A stretch of DNA of 24,000 nt from the NCBI RefSeq assembly GCF_021513155.1, contig NZ_CP090983.1:1984265-2008264 (forward strand), in the 5' to 3' direction. The position numbers were made by a program, and so were the translations under genes. Every line of letters starts with the position of its first letter. Position 1 is the first letter of the stretch. Source of the stretch: Jeotgalibaca sp. MA1X17-3. GTDB taxonomy: Bacteria; Bacillota; Bacilli; Lactobacillales; Aerococcaceae. The notes under the pieces are model-generated. The model made no database searches. It was not told the DNA's origin and was given only the letters and a program-made list of their open reading frames with translations. Shown piece by piece: positions 7,921-15,273 of the stretch.

Positions 7921-8802
7921 TTAATAAGATGGATAAAATGTACGAGGATTGTCGACTAACATTTTTTGGATAAACTCTTCTGATAGTCCACCTTCACGTA
8001 GCAAGGGAATAAAGGAGTCTAGTAAGAAACTGTAGCCTAATCCATCTTTATACTCCAAATGTGATCGACGAGTAATATCCATTGAAAGGAAAACTCTATC
8101 GGTGTAGCCTGCTTTTTCGATTGCTTTTAACATCTCTAAACGAGTTGCATCGGGCATATAGTTTTCTTTTCCAACCGTATCAAATTCTACGTAAACTCCT
8201 TCTTTTAAAAGGTCCAATACATATTGCGTATCTCCGGTAAGATCAACATGACCAATAACAATTTTAGAAAGATCTGCACCTTGTTCTTTAAAAAATTCAA
8301 CTTGTTCTTTTCCATACGTACCTAGTGTCGTATGAGTAGTGATTGGAACTCCTGTTTCTTTTTGAGCGAAGACTGCAGCTTCAAAAACTTTACGTTCTCG
8401 TTCAGTCATTTCATTTTTACTCGTTCCAATTTCACCAATAAGTTCCGCCTTAATAGACGTTCCATCGATTCCTTTTTGGATATCGTCCATCATCATCTGT
8501 GCTAATTCTTCTACAGACTTTTCATAAATGTATTCTGGCAAGAATTTATCTTGATACCATCCGGTTGATTGTAAAATATTCATTCCAGAAGCTTCTGCTA
8601 CTCGTTGTACATATTCAGGATTGCGTTTCATCCCTCGTACGGTAACATCAACCACGTTTCGAACACCTTTTTCGTATAACTTCTTGTATTCTTTAACGGT
8701 TTCCTCAAAACAGTTTAGATTGGTATCTTCGGTATGTTTTAAGGAAGAGAGATCGATTGTTGTATGCTCATGTGCATAGGTGATTCCTTCAACTAGAGGC
8801 AT
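7921..8802 (-). CDS. php: Phosphotriesterase-homology protein (Php; amidohydrolase superfamily)
   Basis: YAHEHTTIDLS (HxH), GEIGTS, TTHT, IGHVDL and SMDITR metal-site motifs of the PTE family. I place the start at ATG 8802 (GAAAGGA 9 nt upstream; 293 aa) rather than the ORF-track GTG at 8862. Confidence 0.9.
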   Translation of the reverse strand: MPLVEGITYAHEHTTIDLSSLKHTEDTNLNCFEETVKEYKKLYEKGVRNVVDVTVRGMKRNPEYVQRVAEASGMNILQSTGWYQDKFLPEYIYEKSVEELAQMMMDDIQKGIDGTSIKAELIGEIGTSKNEMTERERKVFEAAVFAQKETGVPITTHTTLGTYGKEQVEFFKEQGADLSKIVIGHVDLTGDTQYVLDLLKEGVYVEFDTVGKENYMPDATRLEMLKAIEKAGYTDRVFLSMDITRRSHLEYKDGLGYSFLLDSFIPLLREGGLSEEFIQKMLVDNPRTFYPSY

Positions 8803-8875
8803 TTTATCCATTCCTTTCTCTGTGTTAAAAAGGGAAGGTGCCAAACCATTATGGTCTAGCACCTCTGTTTAATTT

Positions 8876-10180
8876 TTAAACGACTGGGGCAAATAGTCCC
8901 AGCACATAAAGAATATTTACAATAATTCCTAATGCGATTGCGGCAACAGGTCCAACTGCCATATCTACTAATGGTTTCTTAGCAGTACGGTTCATCAGAT
9001 AAGCTCCGAACACCCAGAAGAATCCAATTCCAGGAGCAATTTGTTCACTTGCCATCGCTCCACCTACTAGAAGAGCAATTTCTAAGACACGATTCATCGC
9101 GGTACGGATATGTTCACCCATGTCACGAACTCCAGGGAAACGATCCAATCCTTTTGCAGCTGCATTCAATAAGTTTACTTCAATAAACATAATCACTGCA
9201 CCAGCTAGGAAAGCAAAGATAGGATTTCCGTGCAACAAAATTCCAGCAACATAAACAAAAGTTGTTCCAGCTGGACTGTATACACCGGTAACAATAGCAG
9301 TAGAGAATACTAATGGAATAAAACCAATTCCTCTAGCAAAAGCAGCAAGTGCTGCTTCTCCAAATTTACCTTCACTTAATAGATTCAAGGATATTGGGTC
9401 ACCAGCAATAATCGTTAAACTGGTTGCAGCAGCAACTAGTCCACCTGCAACAGAAAGAATAATCCAGTTTTTCTTAATACGAGTAACCCGTTCAACGAAA
9501 ATACTAACTAAGTTTTGATTGTCGTCGGATTGACCTTTCACTTGGACTGCAAAGATAAGCATGAAGATCATTCCTACTAGAAGAGCCATTCCTTCTGCAG
9601 ATAAAGTAAAAGAAGTTTGTTCGTTTAATTGGAATGTTCCGAAACGTTTTACAATAAATAATACCAATGTACTGGTTGCTAATGTGATCGCACCTTTGTT
9701 AAATCCATGTTGATACGCAACAGCAACTGCTGGGAACACTGCAAATCCAATAACGATTGGGGTTCCAACTGCTCCAAGAGCACCTAATACATCAACTGGT
9801 AACATTGCGAATAAGTCAACCACTGCTTGTAAGCCTAATGTTAATGCGATACCATAAACGGCACCGATGACTCCGGCTATGATCATTCCTTTTTTACCAT
9901 CTGGAGTCCATGTACCAATAATATCGGTCATCAATAATAAACTATGAACTAAAATAATACTTGCTCCAATGGAAACCGGAATACCAAATCCGATTACCAA
10001 TCCAAAGCTGACTGCGAAACTGGTTGCTGCCAATTCTTTTTTACTAATGACCCCATCTAAGTATTCTGGCATAACGGGACGGAGGCCATCGTTAAATACA
10101 GCAATCCCCGTATTTGATAAGATAGCAGCGAGAGCACCTAATGCCCCTACAACAACTAATTGTATAATATCCAAACTCAC
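8876..10180 (-). CDS. yhfT: YhfT-like polytopic membrane protein (putative transporter)
   Basis: 434 aa, Gly/Ala/Val/Ile-rich, with about 11-12 hydrophobic segments. The AVFNDGLRPVMP N-terminal region and ...NILYVLGLFAPVV C-terminus resemble my recollection of E. coli YhfT. The true start may be TTG 10174 (9 nt after AAGGAG). Confidence 0.8.
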   Translation of the reverse strand: MSLDIIQLVVVGALGALAAILSNTGIAVFNDGLRPVMPEYLDGVISKKELAATSFAVSFGLVIGFGIPVSIGASIILVHSLLLMTDIIGTWTPDGKKGMIIAGVIGAVYGIALTLGLQAVVDLFAMLPVDVLGALGAVGTPIVIGFAVFPAVAVAYQHGFNKGAITLATSTLVLFIVKRFGTFQLNEQTSFTLSAEGMALLVGMIFMLIFAVQVKGQSDDNQNLVSIFVERVTRIKKNWIILSVAGGLVAAATSLTIIAGDPISLNLLSEGKFGEAALAAFARGIGFIPLVFSTAIVTGVYSPAGTTFVYVAGILLHGNPIFAFLAGAVIMFIEVNLLNAAAKGLDRFPGVRDMGEHIRTAMNRVLEIALLVGGAMASEQIAPGIGFFWVFGAYLMNRTAKKPLVDMAVGPVAAIALGIIVNILYVLGLFAPVV

Positions 10181-10201
10181 TCACTCCTTAATATTATAAT
10201 A

Positions 10202-10567
10202 TTATGATAATTTCAATAACTCATCCATTAGAATTGGAATTACATTTTCTTTGTGTTGTGCAGTAAATCCAAATGCAATTTTTCCTGAAGTAACTTGCTC
10301 CCGAATTTCTTCTTCTGCCATAATTTTTCCTGGCATAGAAACCGTTGCCGTTTTCGGTCTACCTACAAGTGCGATTGCCATCGCTAAAGCACCGCCGCCT
10401 CCTGTATTACAAGCGCCAAAGTAATAATCAGCTGTACCATTTTTAAGTGCCATCGCTGCTTCCAAATCACTTTTGGTTTCAATCTCGAATTTCCCTTGTG
10501 CATACTTCTCTACTAATTCTGCAACTTCTTTTTTGTCAATCTGGCCGCCTACTACAATTTTTTTCAT
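10202..10567 (-). CDS. yhfU: YhfU-like DUF2620 protein
   Basis: 121 aa. MKKIVVGG N-terminus and Gly-rich Cys motif YYFGACNTGGGGALAMAIA. GGAAGGA upstream of the ATG. First gene of the operon. Confidence 0.75.
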   Translation of the reverse strand: MKKIVVGGQIDKKEVAELVEKYAQGKFEIETKSDLEAAMALKNGTADYYFGACNTGGGGALAMAIALVGRPKTATVSMPGKIMAEEEIREQVTSGKIAFGFTAQHKENVIPILMDELLKLS

Positions 10568-10655
10568 TTTTTTCCTTCCTTTCTTTCTTTTTCAAACGTA
10601 CCAATGTACATTTTTTTGTATATTGGCATATATTGAAAACCTTTTCTTATAAGTA

Positions 10656-10684
10656 AGTTTACCCCATGTATTTTTAGATTGCAA
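10656..10684 (-). promoter_or_regulatory. Candidate sigma-A promoter of the php/yhf-type operon
   Basis: Minus strand reads AAACCC-TTGCAA-17 nt-TAAACT, about 85 nt upstream of the yhfU-like ATG and just downstream of the preceding gene's terminator. Confidence 0.45.
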
Positions 10685-10692
10685 GGGTTTTC

Positions 10693-10741
10693 TAAAAAAA
10701 ATAAAAAAGTGTCAGTATAGGTCCTCTATTTTTCTGACACT
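10693..10741 (-). terminator. Rho-independent terminator of the serine-hydrolase gene
   Basis: 8-bp stem AGTGTCAG/CTGACACT with an 18-nt loop, followed on the minus strand by TTTTTTATTTTTTTT. Confidence 0.65.
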
Positions 10742-10756
10742 TCTTATGCTAATTTT

Positions 10757-12121
10757 TTATTTTTTTATCGATTCGTATACTTTATTGGATATATCTTGAG
10801 ATAACTGCCCCGTACTAGCATAGGAGCTATCTTCTTTTTGTCCGTTATTTTGTTTATTGGTTAATATAATAATTTGTACGTTATATTCTGGATCAAAGAT
10901 TACTTGAGTTCCCGTAAAACCAGTATGGCTAAACGTTTGGTCAGAATGTTGGTCACCCATGTACCACTCTTTATTCAATTCCCATCCATATCCTTGTTCG
11001 AATCGTTGTGGGCTAATAAATGTTTGGAGAACTTCTTGACTATATAGTTCTACATCTTCATAAGTTCCTCCATTTAACATGGTCTGTCCTAAAACCGCTA
11101 AATCCTTAGCAGTAGAAAATAATCCTGCATGACCAGCAATTCCTTCATTTGCGTAGAAACCATTTCCATCATTTATTTCACCAACTAATGTATACTCTCT
11201 CCAGCCATCAAACATTTCTGGATCTTCTTCTACTGTATAGCCGAACTCATCATCTTCAATCATTTTATACTCGTAAGGATTTCCCCATGACGTTGCGGCA
11301 ATCGGTTGCTCTGTATTATCGGCAGCATTGAATAAAGTATCTTCCATTTGAAGCGGACCATAAATTTCATCTTGTAAATATTCATCTAAACGTTTATCTG
11401 TAACACTTTCTAAAATAAAGGCTAGAGTCATAAAACTGAAATCACTATATTTTCGGTCTGTTCCAGTTTCATATTCTAGAGGTAAATCATTAATGTAGTC
11501 CAGTACTTCTTCTCGATTTTTCGCAGTTAGATAAGTAGGTTCCCATGGCGTCAATCCCGATGTGTGAGTCAGTAAATCGGCAACCGTAACCTCTTCTTTT
11601 CCATTTTTACTAAAATCAGGTAAATACATAGCTACTTGATCGTCTACAGATATTTCACCTTCAGAAACTAATTTCATAATACCTTGCGTAGTTGCCATTA
11701 CTTTTGTAACAGATGCTAAATCAAATATTGTATCTGTTGTCATTTCAATTGGTTCATTTAGTTCTTCACCCATGTCATATTTTTGAGCATACCCATAGGC
11801 CGTTTCTTTTACAATCATATTATCTTTTGCAATAAGTACGACTGCTCCTGGAATAATTTTTTCTTCCATAGCAGCTTCAACAATTTGATCAATTTCAGCA
11901 AGTGTTTCTTCATCCATATTTGCTTCTTCAGCTGAGCCGTCTTTCAATTGGTTATCAGCCACTTGTTCTTCTGAAGATTGACTCTCCATCACTGAACTTT
12001 CTGTGGAAGAATTTTCTATTATAGAACTTTGTGATTCACTGTCCGTTTGATCTGTCGTTTGACATCCCGTTAGGAATACTGCCCCTGCAAGAATTGCTCC
12101 TGTTGCCATTCTTAATTTCAT
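10757..12121 (-). CDS. Lipoprotein serine hydrolase of the beta-lactamase/PBP4*/D-aminopeptidase fold
   Basis: Signal peptide with lipobox LTGC, a Ser/Glu-rich acidic linker, the SVTK (SxxK) nucleophile motif, YSD (YxN-like) and HTG (KTG-like) boxes. Confidence 0.85.
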   Translation of the reverse strand: MKLRMATGAILAGAVFLTGCQTTDQTDSESQSSIIENSSTESSVMESQSSEEQVADNQLKDGSAEEANMDEETLAEIDQIVEAAMEEKIIPGAVVLIAKDNMIVKETAYGYAQKYDMGEELNEPIEMTTDTIFDLASVTKVMATTQGIMKLVSEGEISVDDQVAMYLPDFSKNGKEEVTVADLLTHTSGLTPWEPTYLTAKNREEVLDYINDLPLEYETGTDRKYSDFSFMTLAFILESVTDKRLDEYLQDEIYGPLQMEDTLFNAADNTEQPIAATSWGNPYEYKMIEDDEFGYTVEEDPEMFDGWREYTLVGEINDGNGFYANEGIAGHAGLFSTAKDLAVLGQTMLNGGTYEDVELYSQEVLQTFISPQRFEQGYGWELNKEWYMGDQHSDQTFSHTGFTGTQVIFDPEYNVQIIILTNKQNNGQKEDSSYASTGQLSQDISNKVYESIKK

Positions 12122-12208
12122 ATTTTATCTTCCTTTCTATTTGTACATGATTACGTATCAATATACAATATTTTATATATTGATGCATAAACTATGTTCT
12201 ATAATTTA

Positions 12209-12237
12209 TACTAAAGTATATAAAATTCGATTGCAAG
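12209..12237 (-). promoter_or_regulatory. Candidate promoter of the serine-hydrolase gene
   Basis: Minus strand reads AAACCC-TTGCAA-17 nt-TAGTAT. The -35 region is identical over 14 nt to that of the php/yhf operon promoter. Confidence 0.35.
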
Positions 12238-12251
12238 GGTTTACATCTATT

Positions 12252-12280
12252 TGACAAAACCTCATTAAAAGTTGATAGTG
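12252..12280 (+). promoter_or_regulatory. Candidate promoter of the amidase-like gene
   Basis: TTGACA (12252-12257), 17-nt spacer, GATAGT (12275-12280). Followed by RBS GAGAGGTG and ATG 12311. Confidence 0.45.
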
Positions 12281-12310
12281 GGTTATAAGATAAATAGAGA
12301 GGTGAAAAAT

Positions 12311-13321
12311 ATGGAACCCAGTGAATGGATTAACGTGGCAAATCAAACCTTTATTGCTATGAAAAACCCTTACGAAAGTGTAGAAAAAGTATATCCTCGT
12401 GCATTAGAAAAGTATTCAGTGGGAAGTCGTTACATGGGCGTAAAAAACAAAGTTCAAATTCCACGTCATTTGATTGAACAATTAGAAACCTTTGGCTATA
12501 TCCTCCATACATTGGATAAGGCTAGTATGGGAGGTCGAGCTATTGATGTATCCTTAACCAATCCAATAAGTGGTCGCCCAATGACCGGTTCATCTAGTGG
12601 AACAGCTATCAATGTTCTATTAGGAATCAATGATTTAGGGATTGGTACAGATGGGGGCGGCTCAGTACTCGCACCTGCGATGGCAGTCCAACTATTCGGA
12701 TTTATTTGCCCGATCATTGAACAAGAACATTTGGAAAATTTTTCCTCAACCTCAACCGATGGAATTGGTTTTCACGCTTCTATCGGATTTATGAGTCGAG
12801 AATTTGAAGTTATTTTACATGCAATTCAGTGTGTTCTTCCATTGGAAGATACAAAAACCATTGCTTCCCCTAGGATTTTTGCAACAGGTTCTTTTGATGA
12901 TTTAGATGTAGCAGAAAATGTAAAAGTCGTTCAGACTCCTAACCTATTTGGCGAACGCGAGCCTCTTATTGATTTCTTGAAAGAAAATTTACCACAGTGT
13001 GACTTCTTGATTTCCAAAGAAGGTCCTGCAGATTTTCTAGGTTTTGGTGATACTGTGCTAGGGCATTTAGGCAATGAAGCTACCCGTTTACAACAGTCCT
13101 CTGGAAAAGGTCTGATTCGTGTCGCGAATATGGTTGATGCTACTGCGCTCGTCGTACCAACAAAAGATTTCGCTTGTGGATATGTACTCCTTTGCGAATC
13201 AACCTTACCAAAAGTGAAAGCGATGCTGGAATTTGCAAAAACAATTGCCCTTCCTCAAGATCCTCTATTGAAAAAATATTTTCAAAATATAGAGAATTAC
13301 TTTCCTGATGAATTTATTTAA
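12311..13321 (+). CDS. Short amidase-signature (AS) family protein
   Basis: TGSSSGTAINVLLGINDLGIGTDGGGSVLAPA matches most positions of the AS-family signature (GGSSGG...GTDxGGSxRxPA). Only 336 aa from ATG 12311. That start is preferred over the ORF-track TTG 12272, which would lie inside the predicted promoter. Confidence 0.75.
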   Translation: MEPSEWINVANQTFIAMKNPYESVEKVYPRALEKYSVGSRYMGVKNKVQIPRHLIEQLETFGYILHTLDKASMGGRAIDVSLTNPISGRPMTGSSSGTAINVLLGINDLGIGTDGGGSVLAPAMAVQLFGFICPIIEQEHLENFSSTSTDGIGFHASIGFMSREFEVILHAIQCVLPLEDTKTIASPRIFATGSFDDLDVAENVKVVQTPNLFGEREPLIDFLKENLPQCDFLISKEGPADFLGFGDTVLGHLGNEATRLQQSSGKGLIRVANMVDATALVVPTKDFACGYVLLCESTLPKVKAMLEFAKTIALPQDPLLKKYFQNIENYFPDEFI

Positions 13322-13408
13322 TAGTGACATTTGCGAGTGAAGTTCGTTTAGATTTTTTTCTACTTGATAAGTAAATTTACTAGTATACATAAAAGAGAAT
13401 GGGATAAA

Positions 13409-13499
13409 AGGCGTTTAAACCCGAACACTGGAGTGAATCAACGGAGGATGGTCGCAGACCATCTGAGGATAATTCGCGAAGTGGACGTCGGGTCTGCCT
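13409..13499. other. GC-enriched ~90-nt imperfect palindrome (candidate structured RNA or miniature repeat element)
   Basis: Nested complementary segments AGGC/GCCT (13409-12 / 13496-99), ACCCGA/TCGGGT (13419-24 / 13488-93) and a central GATGGTC-GCA-GACCATC hairpin. Lies between convergent genes. Confidence 0.35.
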
Positions 13500-13520
13500 A
13501 GGTATATTTTCTAGCCATAG

Positions 13521-13577
13521 AAAAAAGCCTCCTTCAAAGTAGTTTACTTTTTACAGTGTCTACTTTGAAGGGGGCTT
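13521..13577 (-). terminator. Rho-independent terminator of the ABC-transporter operon
   Basis: 17-bp stem AGCCTCCTTCAAAGTAG / CTACTTTGAAGGGGGCT (one mismatch) with a T6 run on the minus-strand side, 32 nt downstream of the permease stop. Confidence 0.75.
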
Positions 13578-13608
13578 ATCACTTTGTCCCAACCTCTTCT
13601 TTGTACAT

Positions 13609-15273
13609 TTACATAGTAATTTCGTCGCTATTAGTGACTTTCATGAATATCAACAAGGAAACGACAGTGAAAAGAGTTAAAATGGTAGATAATGCTGCGG
13701 CAATCCCATAGTTCCCACGAATAACTTCCGTATAGATGGCAACAGTCATGGTTCGGGTACGCACATTATACAAGAGAATCGAAGTGGAAAGTTCGCTAAG
13801 CATTGTGATCCAGCTAAGGATTGCACCGGAAATAATTCCAGTCATCATCATCGGAACTGTTATCCGAAAGAATGTATTGACCTGTCCGCTTCCCAAGCTA
13901 GCTGCAGCTTCTTCTATTGAAGGCGATATTTGCATAAGCGCCGCAACAGAGGAACGAATCGTATATGGTAAGCGACGAACTGCTAATGAAATAATTAGAA
14001 TCGATGCTGTCCCAGTAATGGCGAGCACACCACTTCCCCCTATACCTGTGTTAAAGGAGGTTAAGAAAGCAATCCCCATTACCGTTCCCGGTACAATATA
14101 GGGAATCATACTGAGAGAATCGATTGCATTCGTAACTGGATTGCGTTTTCGTACTGCTAAATAAGAAATAAAAATAGCAAAAATTACGACTACAACCATT
14201 GCTAACAAAGGGATACGAATTGTGTTGAAAATAGCTGATCCCATTCGAGTAAAGGCTTCACGGTAACTATTTAATGAATAACCTGGTTGGAATACCATTC
14301 CTTTCGTATTTAAGAAAGAAGTATAAATTAAGTATCCTTGGGGTAGAATCGCTAAGAATACGATGCCATAAGTAACTAGGTATACTATTATTTTTTTCAA
14401 TCCGCTAATTGGTTTCACCACAACTGGATGCAAAGAGCTCATCGTTACTGACTGTCTTCGTGAAACGGAACGCTGAATTAAAAATATAATCAAAGCAATA
14501 AAAATAGCAATAATAGCTAACGCGGACGCAAAGGCAGCATCTCCCCCTACCTCACTCATGAATTCTGAGTAAATCAATACCGGGAAGGTTCGATATCCTT
14601 CTCCAATTAGCATTGGTGTCCCAAAATCGGAAAAGGCACGCATAAATACAAGTAAGGCTCCAGCTAAAATAGTTGGTACTAGTAAAGGGAAAATCACTTT
14701 AAAAAAACGATTCAACCCTGTACTCCCCATACTTTCAGCTGCTTCTAGTATAGAATTATCGATATTGCGGAATGCCCCATTTACATAAAGAAAAATTAGT
14801 GGAAATAACTGTAGAGTGAAAACCAAAGTAATTCCAGTGAACCCATAAATATCAGGCATTTGGAAACCAAATGCATTACTTATAAAACGGGTGATCACTC
14901 CATTTCTTCCCAATAATAAAATCCACGAATAGGCTCCAATAAAGGGTGCTGACATAGAAGCAATAATAATGAGGATTCGTAATACCTTTTTCCCTTTAAA
15001 ATCGAACATTGCAAAAAAGTATGCCAACAAAATTCCTAATACTAATGAAAAGATAGTAGCAGTCATCGAAACTTTAAAACTATTCCAAAGTGTATCTGAA
15101 TAATAACTTTTAGAAAAAAAAGTAATAAAGTTTTCAAAGCTAATTCCCTGTTCGGTCATAATAGCTTGGCGTAAAACATTTCCTACCGGATAAACGAGAA
15201 AAATCAGATAAGTAAATAAAATAAACAAAGAGGAGCTATTCCAAAGATTCAAGTTCCATTTCTTTTTGTTCAC
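13609..15273 (-). CDS. ABC importer permease, fused double domain (AfuB/FbpB/ThiP type)
   Basis: 554 aa with about 12 hydrophobic segments in two homologous halves. The start overlaps the ATPase stop. Confidence 0.85.
   Translation of the reverse strand: MNKKKWNLNLWNSSSLFILFTYLIFLVYPVGNVLRQAIMTEQGISFENFITFFSKSYYSDTLWNSFKVSMTATIFSLVLGILLAYFFAMFDFKGKKVLRILIIIASMSAPFIGAYSWILLLGRNGVITRFISNAFGFQMPDIYGFTGITLVFTLQLFPLIFLYVNGAFRNIDNSILEAAESMGSTGLNRFFKVIFPLLVPTILAGALLVFMRAFSDFGTPMLIGEGYRTFPVLIYSEFMSEVGGDAAFASALAIIAIFIALIIFLIQRSVSRRQSVTMSSLHPVVVKPISGLKKIIVYLVTYGIVFLAILPQGYLIYTSFLNTKGMVFQPGYSLNSYREAFTRMGSAIFNTIRIPLLAMVVVVIFAIFISYLAVRKRNPVTNAIDSLSMIPYIVPGTVMGIAFLTSFNTGIGGSGVLAITGTASILIISLAVRRLPYTIRSSVAALMQISPSIEEAAASLGSGQVNTFFRITVPMMMTGIISGAILSWITMLSELSTSILLYNVRTRTMTVAIYTEVIRGNYGIAAALSTILTLFTVVSLLIFMKVTNSDEITM

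Noticed and set aside
7921-8862. Longer N-terminal extensions in the ORF track for php (GTG 8862), ald (TTG 22740), the kinase (TTG 19946) and the amidase-like gene (TTG 12272)
   Set aside because: In each case an internal ATG with a well-spaced SD gives an N-terminus that matches the family. The extension would overlap a terminator, a promoter or the upstream gene's end.
10633-10648. cre-like sequence AAGAAAAGGTTTTCAA just downstream of the php/yhf operon -10 element
   Set aside because: It misses the conserved T of TG and the central CG dinucleotide (GG instead). The match is too weak to report as a CcpA site.
12158-12185. AT-rich palindrome ATCAATATA-N10-TATATTGAT in the hydrolase leader, and the similar TATCAATA-N8-TATTGATA at 23063-23086, as a possible shared operator
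   Set aside because: The half-sites are similar but the spacing differs (14 versus 8 nt between ATCAATA cores). Such palindromes are expected by chance in very AT-rich intergenic DNA. There is not enough evidence to call a common regulator site.
13409-13499. Possible identity of the GC-rich palindrome with SRP (4.5S/scRNA) RNA or a known riboswitch
   Set aside because: It lacks the conserved SRP domain IV motif and the signature sequences of the riboswitch classes I can recall. It also lies downstream of genes on both strands, not upstream of one. It stays an unassigned structure.
13736-14101. 121-aa plus-strand ORF, plus similar 60-100-aa ORFs at 4140-4439, 5189-5395, 6982-7176, 9969-10199, 16089-16292, 17660-17860, 18088-18270, 19270-19467, 20157-20369, 21865-22089 and 22439-22633
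   Set aside because: All lie antisense within well-supported genes. They lack RBSs and have low-complexity or odd composition. I treat them as shadow ORFs.
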